From Octopus vulgaris (lineage: Eukaryota), in NCBI GenBank assembly GCA_951406725.2, contig OX597823.1:85746001-85810000 (forward strand): 64,000 nt of DNA, written 5' to 3'. Positions 14,627-27,412 of the stretch are shown here, piece after piece. The notes beneath the pieces are model-generated. The model searched no databases. It was not told where the DNA came from and saw only the letters and a list, made by a program, of their open reading frames with translations. Every line of letters starts with the position of its first letter. Within the stretch, counting starts at the first letter, position 1. The translations under genes and the position numbers were made by a program.

Positions 14627-15926
14627 TGAGAGAGAGACATACAAACACACACACACATATATATATGCATATACATATATACACATATATAAACACAGAC
14701 AGATATACATATGCGTGAGTGTCTGTGTATTTATACGTATAAGTCCTTTTCGAGTCACACTCATGTGATCGGTTCCTCGGATCCTGTGGTGTAATTATTC
14801 ACCCCTAGAGGGCTGAATGTATGTATGTATGTATTAAAAAATCCGCTGTATATGCGTGTGTTTGTGATGTATGTGTGTGTATACATATATACACATCCTC
14901 ACAGATACGCATATATATATTCTCACACACACAGGCATACACACATGTATGCACACTTACACACACATGTAGGGAGATAGATACACATACACACTCAAAG
15001 AGAAAGTGAGAGAGAAGCATATATACAGAAAGAGAGAAAGATTTTTACATGTTTTGTGCATATATCTGAATGCATAGACACATACATTCGTACATATACA
15101 TACATATACACATATATACGTGCAAATATGCGCGCGCCCGCACTCACACACACACACACATTCACGCACACACATACGCATACATGGCTTTAGGAAATAA
15201 GAGAAATGCATCATAGAAAATAAAGCCAAGCGAGCAAGAGAGAGAGAGAGAGAGAGAGATGGTGGGACGCAGATAGATGTACAGACAGCGAGGGGGAACA
15301 GATAGACACATAGATAGAGAGTGAGAAGAAAAGAAGGGGAGGGAGGGAAAGAGAGAAGAGTCACATACGAAAGAAAGCAATGTTGGAAGGAGAGGGAATG
15401 GGGAGTGGAAATCATAGCAAGAGAGAGGAAGAGGGAGAGAGAAAGAATAAGAAGGAGAAAAAAAAAGACGAGAGTGTAAGCGTGTGAGTGCGTTTCACAG
15501 TGCGTGCGTGCGTGCGTGTGTGTGATGTATGTGAGTGTATGTGCATAGCGGGGTTTGTAATGTTGTTACTGCTTTTGAAAACGACGTCCATTCACCTGTT
15601 GATGTTTCCCAATTGTTACAATGCAGCTGTATAGCCAAACGAACATGTTTCGATGTTCACGCCATGTGTACATTAATTAGTGTCACTAGCTTGTTGGAAA
15701 AGGCTGGATTAGTGTCACTTGCCTTGCTGGGCATGGCTTGCCTTGTCAAAGATCAGGCCTGACCTCTCTTTCTCTCTCTCTTTCTCGCTTATAAAGATGC
15801 AAGCAAACCTATTACTATTCGTACTTACGCTCAGTATACGCGTAGATACAGACAGGGGCATTAAAAACACATGCACACACACACATATACCCGGTAGCCA
15901 AAGGGTGGTTGTGTGGTAAAAAGCTA

Positions 15927-16514
15927 GGCGAGCTGGCAGAAACGTTAGCACGCCGGACGAAATATTTAGCGGTATTTCCTCTGCAGCTGCGATCTGAGTT
16001 CAAATTCCGCCGAGGTCGACTTTGCCTTTCATCTATTCGGGGTCGATAAATTAAGTACCAGTTACGCACTGGAATCGATGTAATCGACTTAATCCCTTTG
16101 TCTGTCCTTGTTTGTCCCCTCTGTATTTAGCCCCTTGTGGGTAGTAAAGAAATAGGTATTTCCTCTGCAGCTGCGATCTGAGTTCAAATTCCGCCGAGGT
16201 CGACTTTGCCTTTCATCCATTCGGGGTCGATAAATTAAGTACCAGTTACGCACTGGGATCGATGTAATCGACTTAATCCCTTTGTCTGTCCTTGTTTGTC
16301 CCCTCTGTGCTTAGTACCTTGTTGGTAGTAAAGAAATAGGTATTTCGTCTGTCATTACGTTCTGAGTTCAAATTCCGCTGAGGTCGACTTTACCTTTCAT
16401 CTTTTCGGGGACGATAAATTAAGTACCAGTTACGCACTGGGGTTGATATGATCGACTTAATCCTTTTGTATGTCCTTGTTTGTCCCCTTTATGTTTAGCC
16501 CCTTGTGGGCAATA
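15927..16514 (+). mobile_element. SINE family A, trimeric copy
   Basis: Head GGCGAGCTGGCAGAAACGTTAGCAC; junctions AAAGAAATA|GGTATTTC near 16155 and 16338; terminal GGGCAATA. Confidence 0.92.
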
Positions 16515-16516
16515 TA

Positions 16517-16866
16517 TTGACCCCTGGATTTATTCTATGTACTCCTAGTTTACGGGGGCGTAAACACACAAACATCGGTTGTCAAGCGATGATAGTGGAG
16601 GGGGACAACCGCAGACGTACAAACAGATACATATATATATATATATATACATACATACACATACATACATACATACATATATATATATATACATACATAC
16701 ATATAAACGACGGGCTTCTTTTAGTTTCCGTCTACCAGATCCACTCACAAAGCTTTGGTCGGTCCGAAGCTACAGCAGAAGACACTTGCCCAAGGTGCCA
16801 CGGAAGGAGATCAACCCAGAACCATGTGGTTGGTAAGCAAGCTACTTACCACGACCCATACCTGCA
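16517..16866 (-). mobile_element. SINE family B
   Basis: Both halves flank an internal (TA/TG) tract; the head is at about 16865. Confidence 0.85.
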
Positions 16867-16888
16867 CCAAAATATACGTATACTATAT

Positions 16889-16925
<37 letters not shown>

Positions 16926-17391
16926 TGTATATGTACACGCACACACATACATATGCGTATATGTGTATGTCTGTATGTATGCATGTCTATACGTATGTAT
17001 GTATGTATGTATGTATGTATGTATGGACACTCTGAGGCAATAGGCAGAGGACAGGCGACAGGAATGGTCAGAGGAAAGGAGAGCTAGATTAAGAGTAACT
17101 TGACAGAGTGTTTAAATTTTTTGTCTTTGTTAATGTGTCCTTCAACCATTCTGCGCTTTGTACCTCCCAGGAAAATCGTGTTTCTTGTTCAATCCATCGT
17201 TGCCCGAAAAACTCATAAGTATACAAACACGTAAACAAACCCACATACAATCACATTCAAATACGCAGAAATAAGCACACACACGCGTACAAATATACAC
17301 ACATAAACTCAAATCCATAGACAGATTATACCTATATACATATCGAAGTATACATACAAGTTTATACATTCATCCAAAGTTATGTAGATGC

Positions 17392-17446
<55 letters not shown>

Positions 17447-17531
17447 ATGAAGTCCCTTTCTCTACAGAAAAGGATTCCATCAAAAAGCGTGGCAGTATAT
17501 TAAAAAAAACCATTACGGTTGAAGTATAAAC

Positions 17532-17762
17532 ATCTTATAATTAAGGGCTAAAGAAGGTTATTCTATAGCCAATACACTGATTTATCCACTTATAATCCAC
17601 TTGTTACAGGAAAATTGAACTGAAAGCGGGCAACTAACCTTTAGAAAATTTAAATTTCGTTATCTCTATATTGAATCAATTTCGGAATTAATCCCTATAA
17701 AGGATATATTCTTCTTCAGTAGAGCTTATAGAATAACCTTCTTTAGCCCTTAATTATAAGAT
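17532..17762 (-). mobile_element. Short PLE-like insertion bounded by perfect 36-bp inverted repeats
   Basis: ATCTTATAATTAAGGGCTAAAGAAGGTTATTCTATA (17532-17567) and its exact reverse complement (17727-17762). Contains a hammerhead motif and abuts (TA)n. Confidence 0.7.
17664..17724 (-). ncRNA. Type I hammerhead ribozyme motif
   Basis: CTCTA-CTGAAGA-AGAATATATCCTTTATAGGGATTAATTCC-GAAA-TTGATTCAA-TA-TAGAG. Stem I is 5 bp, the core is intact, stem III is ATTG/CAAT and the site is AUA. There is an A.C mismatch at the base of stem II. Confidence 0.75.
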
Positions 17763-17825
17763 ATATATATATATATACACACGTATCTACATAAGTCAAA
17801 TGGGTGAAACAAATAAGAGAAGAAC

Positions 17826-17917
<92 letters not shown>

Positions 17918-18094
17918 AATTCACTCAACAAGAACCCACTACTTGAATGGACCATTAACAAAACTTCACTGAAAAAGGATTTAGATAATCCTATCAGATG
18001 GTGCTATTAAGTTAGACATGGACTGGACCAATCTTTGGTCGAAACATATCTAAGTTTTATCTAAGTTATATATATATATATATATATATATATG

Positions 18095-18330
18095 TTCTTT
18101 TATTCTTTTATTTGTTTCAGTCATTTGGTTGCGGCCATACTAGAGCACCGCTTTTAGTCGAACAAATCGACCTCAAGACCTATTCTTTGTAAGCTTAGTA
18201 CTTATTCTATCTTTTTTTTTGTTTTTGTTGCCGAACCCCAAGTGGTTGGAGCGTAAACACACCAACATCAGTTGTCAAGCGATAGTGGAAGGACAAACAC
18301 AGACAGACAAACATAAACACATATACACAC
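18095..18330 (-). mobile_element. SINE family B, 3' half
   Basis: TTGTTTCAGTCATTTG..AGAGCACCGC..CATCAGTTGTCAAGCGAT. Confidence 0.8.
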
Positions 18331-18653
18331 GCGCGCGCGCACGCACACACGCACACATACACACACACACACATATATACATATTATATGAATGCGTTTA
18401 TGTGCACACTACATGCAAATACAGTCATTGAAGCATGCGATAGCGCCGAGTAGAAAATGAGAAACAAGAACTCAGAAATCTTAGGTCTTTACATATCTAT
18501 ATCTATAAAATTCACTGTGTGTGTGCATACACACACGCACGTGTGCACGCATAAACGTGCGCGTGCACGCACACACATACCGTATAGAAATAGAGGTAAA
18601 CAGACAAACATATATATATATATATATACTTATATATATATAGACATATATAC

Positions 18654-18701
<48 letters not shown>

Positions 18702-18753
18702 GTATATATATATGTATATGTATATATATATGTATATGTATATGTATATGTAT

Positions 18754-18828
<75 letters not shown>

Positions 18829-18959
18829 TATATAAATATATATATAAAGATAGATAGATAGATAGATATTTCGTAAAGTGCGGTCTCCAGTTTGGAGATG
18901 CTGGGCAGTTGCTCAGGGATCTCACTGGTCTAGGGACCCAATGCTCTTTATATATATGT

Positions 18960-19160
18960 AAGGCGTGCTAGCAGAATCGTTATCGCGCTGCACAAAACAC
19001 TTGTTCGTCTTTTCGTTCTGCACTGAAAATGCTATTGAGGTCGACTTTCATTTTTATTCCATCGGAGTTAATGAATTAAGTTCCAGTCGAGCATTTGTGT
19101 CGATGTAATGGATTAGCTCCACCCTACAAATTTCTGACTTGGTGCCTGTAGTAGAAAGGA
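18960..19160 (+). mobile_element. Degenerate SINE family A
   Basis: GCTAGCAGAATCGTTA..GAGGTCGACTTT..TTCCAGTCGAGCA. Confidence 0.65.
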
Positions 19161-20129
19161 ACACACACACACACACACACCATGCATTACAAATATATAA
19201 GTGAAATCTAATTAGCTGAAATAAGATCTTAGTCATGTGTATTAGACATTATAATGATGCATACATATAATTAGCGGAACAAATGCGGTTGAATAGAGCC
19301 ACGACTAACCAGTTCGTAGGTAAATGTATGACGAAATTGTTTCACATATTATATAATATAATACCATGCAACAAAACGAAAATGAATACAACATAATAAC
19401 CGGCTTCTGTGTTCTACGTAGACACTATGACACCTCTATGATGTCATTGTTTTAAGCTCAATGCAAAGTCTCAGATGAAGTCACTGGCCAAACAAGTACA
19501 ACTCTGAAATTTATAATTAGTAATAATAATTATAATAAAAAAAAGGATATGAAATAATAGATAAAACTTGCTTTTTTCTTTATTTTTCCAATTATAAAAC
19601 AATCGATATTTACTTTTGTTTCATTATTGGAATGTATTTTTTAAAAAGATTTTGGACTTATTAGCAAAATATTCTGCCCATCGGCCAATTAATCTGCAAG
19701 TTTTATGACTGTACAATGTCATCTATGTTCGCTATAATTCGGAAAAAGGTGGTGGCGAACGCAGCAATTGTCAATTAAGATGTGTTAAGCTAACTTCGGC
19801 CATTGACGCAGTATCAGATGAAATCAAGGAATTGATATGTAATACAAATGATGTAAGACGCATTGCAAATACAGAATACACGATGTGTGTGAATGTGTGT
19901 GAGCGTCTTTTTCTTTATGTTTTACTACTTTTTTTTATTTTGTTTTTGTTTTGCTATTTCCCACGTTTAGAAAATTGTATTAAGGGCTGGGAAAAGACAT
20001 GTACACAATGCCCTTTTTTCGGCATCATAAGGGCCAGATTCATTCTTTGTTTCGTATTCATGTGTCATTAATAGACCTGCACTTACCTTGCAGGATTTCA
20101 TTTAGAAACGGCTCTTTGATGTTAGAACT

Positions 20130-20182
20130 AATGATGATAATGATTATGATGATCTTGACAACAACAACAGCAACAACAAAAA

Positions 20183-20217
<35 letters not shown>

Positions 20218-20240
20218 ATGATAGTGATTATTATTAGAAG
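20130..20240. repeat. (ATG)/(CAA)/(TAG)n trinucleotide repeats
   Basis: Read directly from the sequence. Confidence 0.9.
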
Positions 20241-20361
20241 AAGAAGAAAACAATAATTGTCTGCATCATTCGCATCATTATTATCATTAGTACCGCCAAA
20301 CTGCTCATCATCCCCACCACCTTCATCTCTGCCGCAACGACAACGGGCTATAACAGCAGAT

Positions 20362-20550
20362 ATGCTTCTTTCAGTTTCCATCCACCAAATTCACTCACAA
20401 AGCTTTGGTCGGTCTGAGGCTATAGTAGAATACACTTGCCCAAGGTGTTTTGTCTTCTCAGACACTTGCCCATGAGGCCGCGCAGTGAGACTGTACCAGG
20501 AACCATATATTTGGGAAGCAAGTTTCTTATCATTCAGCCATACCTGTGCC
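20362..20550 (-). mobile_element. SINE family B, 5' half
   Basis: GCTTCTTTCAGTTTCC..CACTCACAAAGCTTTGGTCGG..ACACTTGCCCAAGG. Confidence 0.75.
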
Positions 20551-20796
20551 CAACCCTTTTTTGGTTTTATTTTCCCCTCCAACATCTATTCAGGTGTTGA
20601 TTCCCTCTTTTTAAACACTACATTGAATACTACCACCATGCATATATAGTCACGGGTATTCGTCATAATTTTGGTATCTTGTCCATCCCTGGTAGCTATC
20701 GTATCTAGTTGCTTTCATATATTAATACGTTGTTGGTGAGTTGCTTTGGTTATTATAAAACCAGCACACACACAGACACACACACTCACAAACACA

Positions 20797-20838
<42 letters not shown>

Positions 20839-21299
20839 GTTCCATCGCGCAACATGTAACGGTTTTCTCTATTTTCTACGTCACGAGAAACAGAAACATT
20901 GAACGTGGGTGGCTTTGTATGCAGAAGATCAATGTGGCAGAGCTGCGTGACAAAGGTAAGTACTGTTATTTCTGACCAGTACTGTTCTTGCTTTAAGAAA
21001 AGCGATAAAAAAAAAAGCTATAAGTACGTTGAGAGGATGCAAGAATTTTCTTCTTTTTTTTTTCAACAATCGAAGCAAATCTTACAAGTAATGCTGCCGA
21101 CATCTAAGAAATATTTCATCAGTTGGTTGACATAAAGTCTTCGCACTTATATGTACAAAACGATTTCAGGAAGATGCAAAATAGCAGACCTAGTAAGTAT
21201 GATATCACGTGGTCACAATGCCCTTTGCATTATTTAAATTTGGAACGATATCATTGCGCTGTCAAGGCGAACATGCCAACACTTCTCCTGATGAAAAAG

Positions 21300-21482
21300 C
21301 TAGTCTATCGCAGGGTTACGTATAATGATGGGTTATCAATTCAAGCCATTTCACATTGAATTGAGCAACCGGAAATGAAGTGCTTTGCTCAAGAACACAA
21401 CGTCCAGCCGGTCTGGGAATCAAAACCACGATATTACGATCGTCAGTGCAGCACACTTAACTACTAGGTCACGATACACTCC
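21300..21482 (-). mobile_element. Degenerate head-D SINE
   Basis: GAGCAACCGGAAATGAAGTGCTTTGCTCAAGAACACAACG..GGGAATCAAAACCACGAT. Confidence 0.65.
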
Positions 21483-22888
21483 AAACAAATTACTTTTGCC
21501 AGAATAATTGAGTCGGTAAAATGCAAGGGCTGACCTTAAGGTTATTGGAACAATGCATTCTTTTGGATCATAATAATCTTCGTGACGCTATGAGTGGGTC
21601 GTGGCTGCTGATACCACATAAAATTATGTGGTCATGTCTTTATGACCCCTGAAGACCTAAAGCATATTCCAGAACTTTTTTACAGTCATTGTTGCAGAAA
21701 GAAGAGTGATGGGACGGGACTAGCAATGCATAGGAAGAAGCCAAGTTACTTACTATACGTGTAATGGAAAAAAAAACAGCAGAAGGCTTTTATTTTTATC
21801 GCAGGAACAGAAAAAAGCAAAAAAGGAAGTAGCGACTAAGATAGTGATAACAAGCATCTGAAGATGCTTCTGTTTTCAGAGCATCATCGGTCAAAGCTCC
21901 AGAATTGCTGGTAGACATCAACCCTAGCCCCATTTCCACAAGGTGATAAAAAAAGTAGAGCAATATACCACTTAGACTTAGATTTGTCATGAGCTCTAGG
22001 AATCACAAAGCCGAAGTTTACACTTTAACCATCTACAAATTTGAGGATAAGAAATAGAGCCATAAACATGATATGCTCCTGTTTATGAAATTTGCCTTTC
22101 ATCCTTTCTGGGCGGATGGCAAAGTCAATAAAATAAATGCCAGTTGAGAACTGAGGTCAATGTCACGAACTTACCCGCTCCCTCGAAATTACTGGCCTTG
22201 TGCCAAAATTTGAAAATATATAGGCTCAGCTTCGCATATAGGACCCGCAATATGTGGTGGACAGTACTTATTGGTTGGTAAAAGACAAAGAGCTATCAAT
22301 TACAGTAATAGCACTTCACCAAAAAAACTCGCGGCATGGCAAATGCTTGAATAACTTTTATCCCGTTCAACAAGGTTGATCCAGTGCTAAACAACACCAA
22401 ACGTGCATGACTGAAATGAGCCAATGAAAAAGCTTCAATTTTGATTTGCTAGAAATAGGAGCAACGTTTCTCTGAAATCACAATCTCAACCAGCTTAAAT
22501 TTGGAAGGCAAATTTGAGCAAGAAAGTGAAAAATATCTCAAGAATAATACGGCGGAAACACAACTTGAATGCACTCACTCAGGGTAAACCTGGGGTTAAA
22601 AACCGACAAAACAGCAAAATGCAATGGTTAAAGAGAAATTACATTGACGTATATACATTATACTCAATAAACACAGACACCTTTCACTTATGTATCCTTT
22701 CAATGCTCTATTTGTCTACGCGTAAGTATACAATCAGAAAAGGTTATATATTTAGCTATATTTAGTGTCAAACTATTAGCTGGTTTGATTTTGCTATTTA
22801 TACGGTGGCGTATTCTGCTTCATGCTATTTGTATTTTCATTCGTTCAGAAAGTGTTTGTGTAAGACATATTATAAGTAACTCACAAAC

Positions 22889-22930
22889 ACGCTCTCTCTT
22901 TCTCTCTCTCTCTCTTTCTCTCTCTCTCTT

Positions 22931-22996
<66 letters not shown>

Positions 22997-23151
22997 ACAC
23001 ATACACTACACACACACACACAGAGACAAATTGATAGATAGATAGATAGATAGATAAACAGATAGGTAGGTAGATAGATAGATAGACAGACAGCCAAATA
23101 GGTAAACAGATAGAAAGATAGCTAGAAAGATAGATAGATAGAAAGATAGAG

Positions 23152-23234
<83 letters not shown>

Positions 23235-23248
23235 CACACAGACAGACA
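22889..23248. repeat. (TC)n, (CA)n and (GATA/GACA)n compound microsatellite
   Basis: Read directly from the sequence. Confidence 0.93.
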
Positions 23249-23351
23249 CTCCAGACAGATATATAGATTATAAGCATGCGTTTATATATATATGTATGTG
23301 TGTGTGTGCATGTGTGTGTGTGTGTGTTTGTGTGTATGTGTGTGGGGGGGG

Positions 23352-24050
23352 GGTATGGTACGATGTTTGCTTCCCAACCATGTGATTGTGGGTTCAGTCC
23401 CACTGTGTGGCACGTTTGAACAAGTGTCTTCTACTAATAGCCCAGGCTCGACGAAAGCCTTGCAAGTAGATTTGTTAGGCGTGTCCTTTGAGTCCGTGCT
23501 TGTCAAGCACCCAAGTAGTGTTGGTGTGTTTACGTGACTGTAACCTAGCGGTTCGACAAAATTGACTGATACACTTAGTCGCTATAATTTTGCAAGTCTG
23601 TATCGCAGCAAGACCTTTTAATAAATGAGAAATACCTTTTGCTGAGCAAACGTAGGATTGCTAGAAGTGCTGTATCAGGAGTACAAGGCAAATGAAATTG
23701 ACGAAGAAAACGGATCAAATTTCTTATAGGTGCGATGATTATAGTGGAGTTGTAAAGAGAGATTAATCGATATGTAATAAAAAATAATTAAAAAACATTA
23801 TGTGCGCGAATGTGTGTGTATTTATTGTGTGGTAAGTGGCTTCCTTACCAAAAACATGGTTCTGGGTTCAGTCCCACTGCGTGGCAACTTGGGCAAGTGT
23901 CTTCTACTATAGCCACGGGCCGACTAAAGCCTTGTGAGTGGATTTGGTAGACGGAAACTGAAAAGAAGCCCATCGTATATATGTATATGTATATATATGT
24001 GTGTGTGCTTGTGTGTCTGTGTTTGAGCCCCCACACCATAATTTTGTTCC
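23352..24050 (+). mobile_element. Two degenerate SINE family B copies (about 23352-23580 and 23826-24050)
   Basis: GGGTTCAGTCCCACTG.GTGGCA..CAAGTGTCTTCTACTA occurs in both. Confidence 0.75.
23610..23820 (+). repeat. Local ~200-bp direct duplication, copy 1 (copy 2 at 25537-25740)
   Basis: AAGACCTTTTAATA..CAAACGTAGGATTGCTAGAAGTG.TGTATCAG..CAAATGAAATTGACGAAGAAAA.GGATCA..GAGTTGTAAAGAGAGATTAAT is shared by both copies. Confidence 0.85.
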
Positions 24051-24312
24051 CGCCAACATTTATGTGTGTGTTTGTGCGTGTGTGTGTATCTGTCTGTATG
24101 TATGTATGTATGTACGTATCTATGTATAAGCCATATAGCTTGCTATTCTGAGTATATAGGTACAAGGACAATGGTAAATGCAAACTTGACTACAGAAAAC
24201 ATGTCGGCAAAATACAAACGCATAAAGACCCATACTTAGTGACACAATCAAGAACTTTCACATAAATATATACACAATCAAAGACATTCACGAAACTGCC
24301 ACGATTAGGTAG

Positions 24313-24352
<40 letters not shown>

Positions 24353-24591
24353 TGAAAATGATATCCGTGTAAAAATAGATAACTAATTAACAAACAAGCT
24401 TGTTAACTAGCTAAATTACTAGTTAGGCAGCTTGTTAACATTGCAATTGATTAACCAAGTACATATTAAGATACAGCCATTTTATATTTTTAGATACGTA
24501 AATTCGTAACGTTAGTCCTATAGTAACAGTGAATATACGAGGTCTGATCAAAAAGTACAGACACTGTTGTTATCGAAACGGAGATAAAGTA

Positions 24592-24852
24592 ATAATAAAA
24601 TAAATGCGCCCTTTTAAATCCGAGCCAGGCTCATGGGTCCGGTTAACCTGTTTCAATGGCGTATGTGTTCCCCAGCTGGACGGGACGCCAGTCCATCGCA
24701 GCGTTACTCATCTTTGCCAGCTGAGAGGACTGGAGCAACGTGAATTGAAGTGTTTTGCTCAGGAACACAACGCGTCGCCCGGTCCAGGAATCGAAACCAC
24801 AATCTTACGATCATGATGCTGACACCTGAACCACTAAGACACGCGTCTCCAC
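24592..24852 (-). mobile_element. tRNA-derived SINE, head D with tail type iii, with TSD
   Basis: TSD CGGAGATAAAGTA at 24579-24591 and 24855-24867. It is inserted just after a mariner-like TIR start, TACGAGGTCTGATCAAAAAGTA (24536). Confidence 0.88.
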
Positions 24853-25071
24853 AGCGGAGATAAAGTACGCAACATGAATGCGTTTGGCACTGATTGATTT
24901 TGAACTGTGTCGTGCATTCACAGTAAAGTATAATGTTCTCGCTCACTTCCGTTGTTTATAGCAATGCTCCGCAATCATTTTTGACCTGCGGTAAACTTAT
25001 ATTATTTTCAAAATTCAGTAGTAAACTTAAACTAAATTCTTTTTAATCAAACATTGTATAAAAAGACAAGG

Positions 25072-25446
25072 GTGGAGGTGCAATGGCCCAGGGGTTAAGG
25101 CAGCGGACTCGCGGTCATAGGATCGCGGTTTCGATTCCCAGACCGGGCGTTGTGAGTGTTTATTGAGCGAAAACACCTAAAGCTCCACGAGTCTCCAGTG
25201 GTGATCCCTGCTGTACTCTTTCACCACAACTTTCTCTCACTCTTACTTCCTGTTTCTGTTGTACCTGTATTTCAAAGGGCCGGCCTTGTCACTCGCTATG
25301 TCACGCTGAATATCCCCGAGAACTACGTTAATGGTACACGTGTCTGTGGAGTGCTCAGCCACTTACACGTTAATTTCACGAGCAGGCTGTTCCGTTGATT
25401 CGGATCAACCGGAACCCTCGTTGTCGTAACCGACGGAGTGCTTCCA
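25072..25446 (+). mobile_element. tRNA-derived SINE, head C with tail type i
   Basis: Near-identical to 4449-4834. Confidence 0.92.
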
Positions 25447-25814
25447 CTAAAGCGACAAAGAAGTGTAAATCTCGAATCGAACAATAATAACACCAAAACA
25501 AGTAGCTACGCCAATTGCAATAAAATAGAACAACGTAAGACCTTTTAATATATGAGGAATACCTTTTTTCAGGTCAAACGTAGGATTGCTAGAAGTGGTG
25601 TATCAGAAGTACACGCGCAAATGAAATTGACGAAGAAAAGGGATCACATTTCTTGTACAGGTGATGATTGCAGTAGAGTTGTAAAGAGAGATTAATATAT
25701 ATTCGATAAAAACAATTATATGCACGAATGTGTGTGCATTATATATATATATTTATATATATATATATATAACAAAGTGGAGTTGTAAGGTACCGCACGA
25801 GTGGAATTATATAC

Positions 25815-25895
25815 GAAAGAAGGTTTGAAAATGCAATTTTAAAAGATGTTTAATTTACTTTTTAACATCTTTTAAAATTGCATTTTCAAGCCTTC

Positions 25896-25899
<4 letters not shown>
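25815..25899. repeat. 36-bp inverted repeat with a 13-nt spacer, between (TA)n tracts
   Basis: GAAAGAAGGTTTGAAAATGCAATTTTAAAAGATGTT / AACATCTTTTAAAATTGCATTTTCAAGCCTTCTTTC, with one mismatch. Confidence 0.9.
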
Positions 25900-25935
<36 letters not shown>

Positions 25936-26189
25936 CCTTCGAATCGCGGAGTAGATGAAACAGGGACTCCTTATGAAGGGGAATATTCTTTAAATTGCAT
26001 GTCTCGTTTCTCTGTTTGTTTGTTTTGTTTTTTTTTTCGTTGTTCGAATAAAAGTTCATTTCCTATGTTTTTGTTTTTATGTTTTCGTTTCTCATTGTGT
26101 TCAAAGTTTTTTGATGTCCTGTACTCATATATGCATGTATATATACATATATTTGTAGGTATGTCCACATATATATGTATACATGCGTA

Positions 26190-26266
<77 letters not shown>

Positions 26267-26500
26267 CCTACAAACAACCCACGTTTTGGATCCGGCCTGG
26301 GTATTGAAAAGGTTATAAAGATATTCGTATGTCATTTTTCTGATCAGGCATTTTGTCTGTCAATCTTCTACTTTTCTGTTTCTTAACAAATTACTTAGCA
26401 ATTGCAACATTTGTTTATTTGATTCTTTTTCTTTTTTTTTTTTTTTGTATATGGGATTACCAACCAGAGATATTTCAATACAATACCATACAAAGAAAAT

Positions 26501-26813
26501 GTGGAGGCGCAATGACCCTGTAGTCAGGGCAGCGGACTCGCGGTCGGAGGATCGCGGTTTCGATTCCCAGACCTGGCGTTGTGTGTGTTTATTGAACGAA
26601 AATACCTAAAGCTCCACGAGTCTCCGGCAGGGGATAGTGGTGACCCCTGTTGTACTCTTTCGCTACAACTTTCTCTCACTCTTTCTTCCTGTTTCTTGGG
26701 TAACGCTGCGATGGACTGGCGTCCCATCCAGCTGCGGGGAACACATACGCCATAGAAATCGGGAAACCGGGCCCATGAGCCTGGCTAGGCTTGATAAGGG
26801 CGCATAAATAATT
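26501..26813 (+). mobile_element. tRNA-derived SINE, head C with tail type iii, with TSD
   Basis: Tail GCTGCGATGGACTGGCGTCCCATCCAGC..GGGCCCATGAGCCTGGCTAGGC. 13-bp TSD ATACAAAGAAAAT at 26488-26500 and 26814-26826. Confidence 0.92.
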
Positions 26814-27329
26814 ATACAAAGAAAATACAAACGTAAAAGAACAAAAAAGAGCAGCATGGCTACTTTTCCTTTTACGTAACTTGTTCCAGTCTGATTCTTA
26901 AGCTTATGCAGTATTTGATTCTCTATTCATTTTAGTTGTAGGTACAAGATCACACAAGCGAAGGAAAGTTGGCTGTTATTTACGTCAGTAAAGCATAAAT
27001 TGTGAAAAATACCGCCGTTCGTTTCAGTCTTAGAGCAGGTCAATTAGTGGTCCACTGCAATCTTGAAGGTAAGCGTGAAAAATGTGTTTTTATACAAGAA
27101 TGGGCGTAACAATTACCGCACCAGGTAGTTTCATTCAAAAGTAGTGATTTACAGAGATTTATCGTCACCGATTTTTTTTTTTAATCTTTCACCGTAAACA
27201 TACAAACACACATACGAATACTCGCGTGCTTGTCTACATACACATACACTCATATATATATATAAGAATTTTTTGCGTAATTAAATAAAAAAGCCAAGGC
27301 TGTATAGATATTAGAGTATTTATAGATAG

Positions 27330-27381
27330 GTCTTACAGCTGTTTCTAGGATATCAATTAATAATATCCCTTCATCGGAGAC
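27330..27381 (-). ncRNA. Type I hammerhead ribozyme motif with palindromic stem III
   Basis: GTCT-CCGATGA-A-GGGATATT-ATTAATT-GATATCCT-A-GAAA-CAGCTG-TA-AGAC. Stem I is 4 bp, stem II is long, stem III is ACAGCTGT and the site is GUA. Core U4 is replaced by C. Confidence 0.7.
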
Positions 27382-27412
27382 GGTGTGAGAGGAAAAATTA
27401 AGTCATAAGTAA

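Noticed and set aside
18011-18054. Hammerhead-like GACC..GGTC-GAAACATATC
   Set aside because: The CUGANGA core is absent; at most a relic.
21560-21990. Coding-like sequence (also 34795-35230)
   Set aside because: Frequent stops and no motif I can name; probably decayed TE.
24536-24995. Complete mariner MITE around the SINE at 24592
   Set aside because: Only one TIR-like end is clear; the matching right end could not be confirmed.
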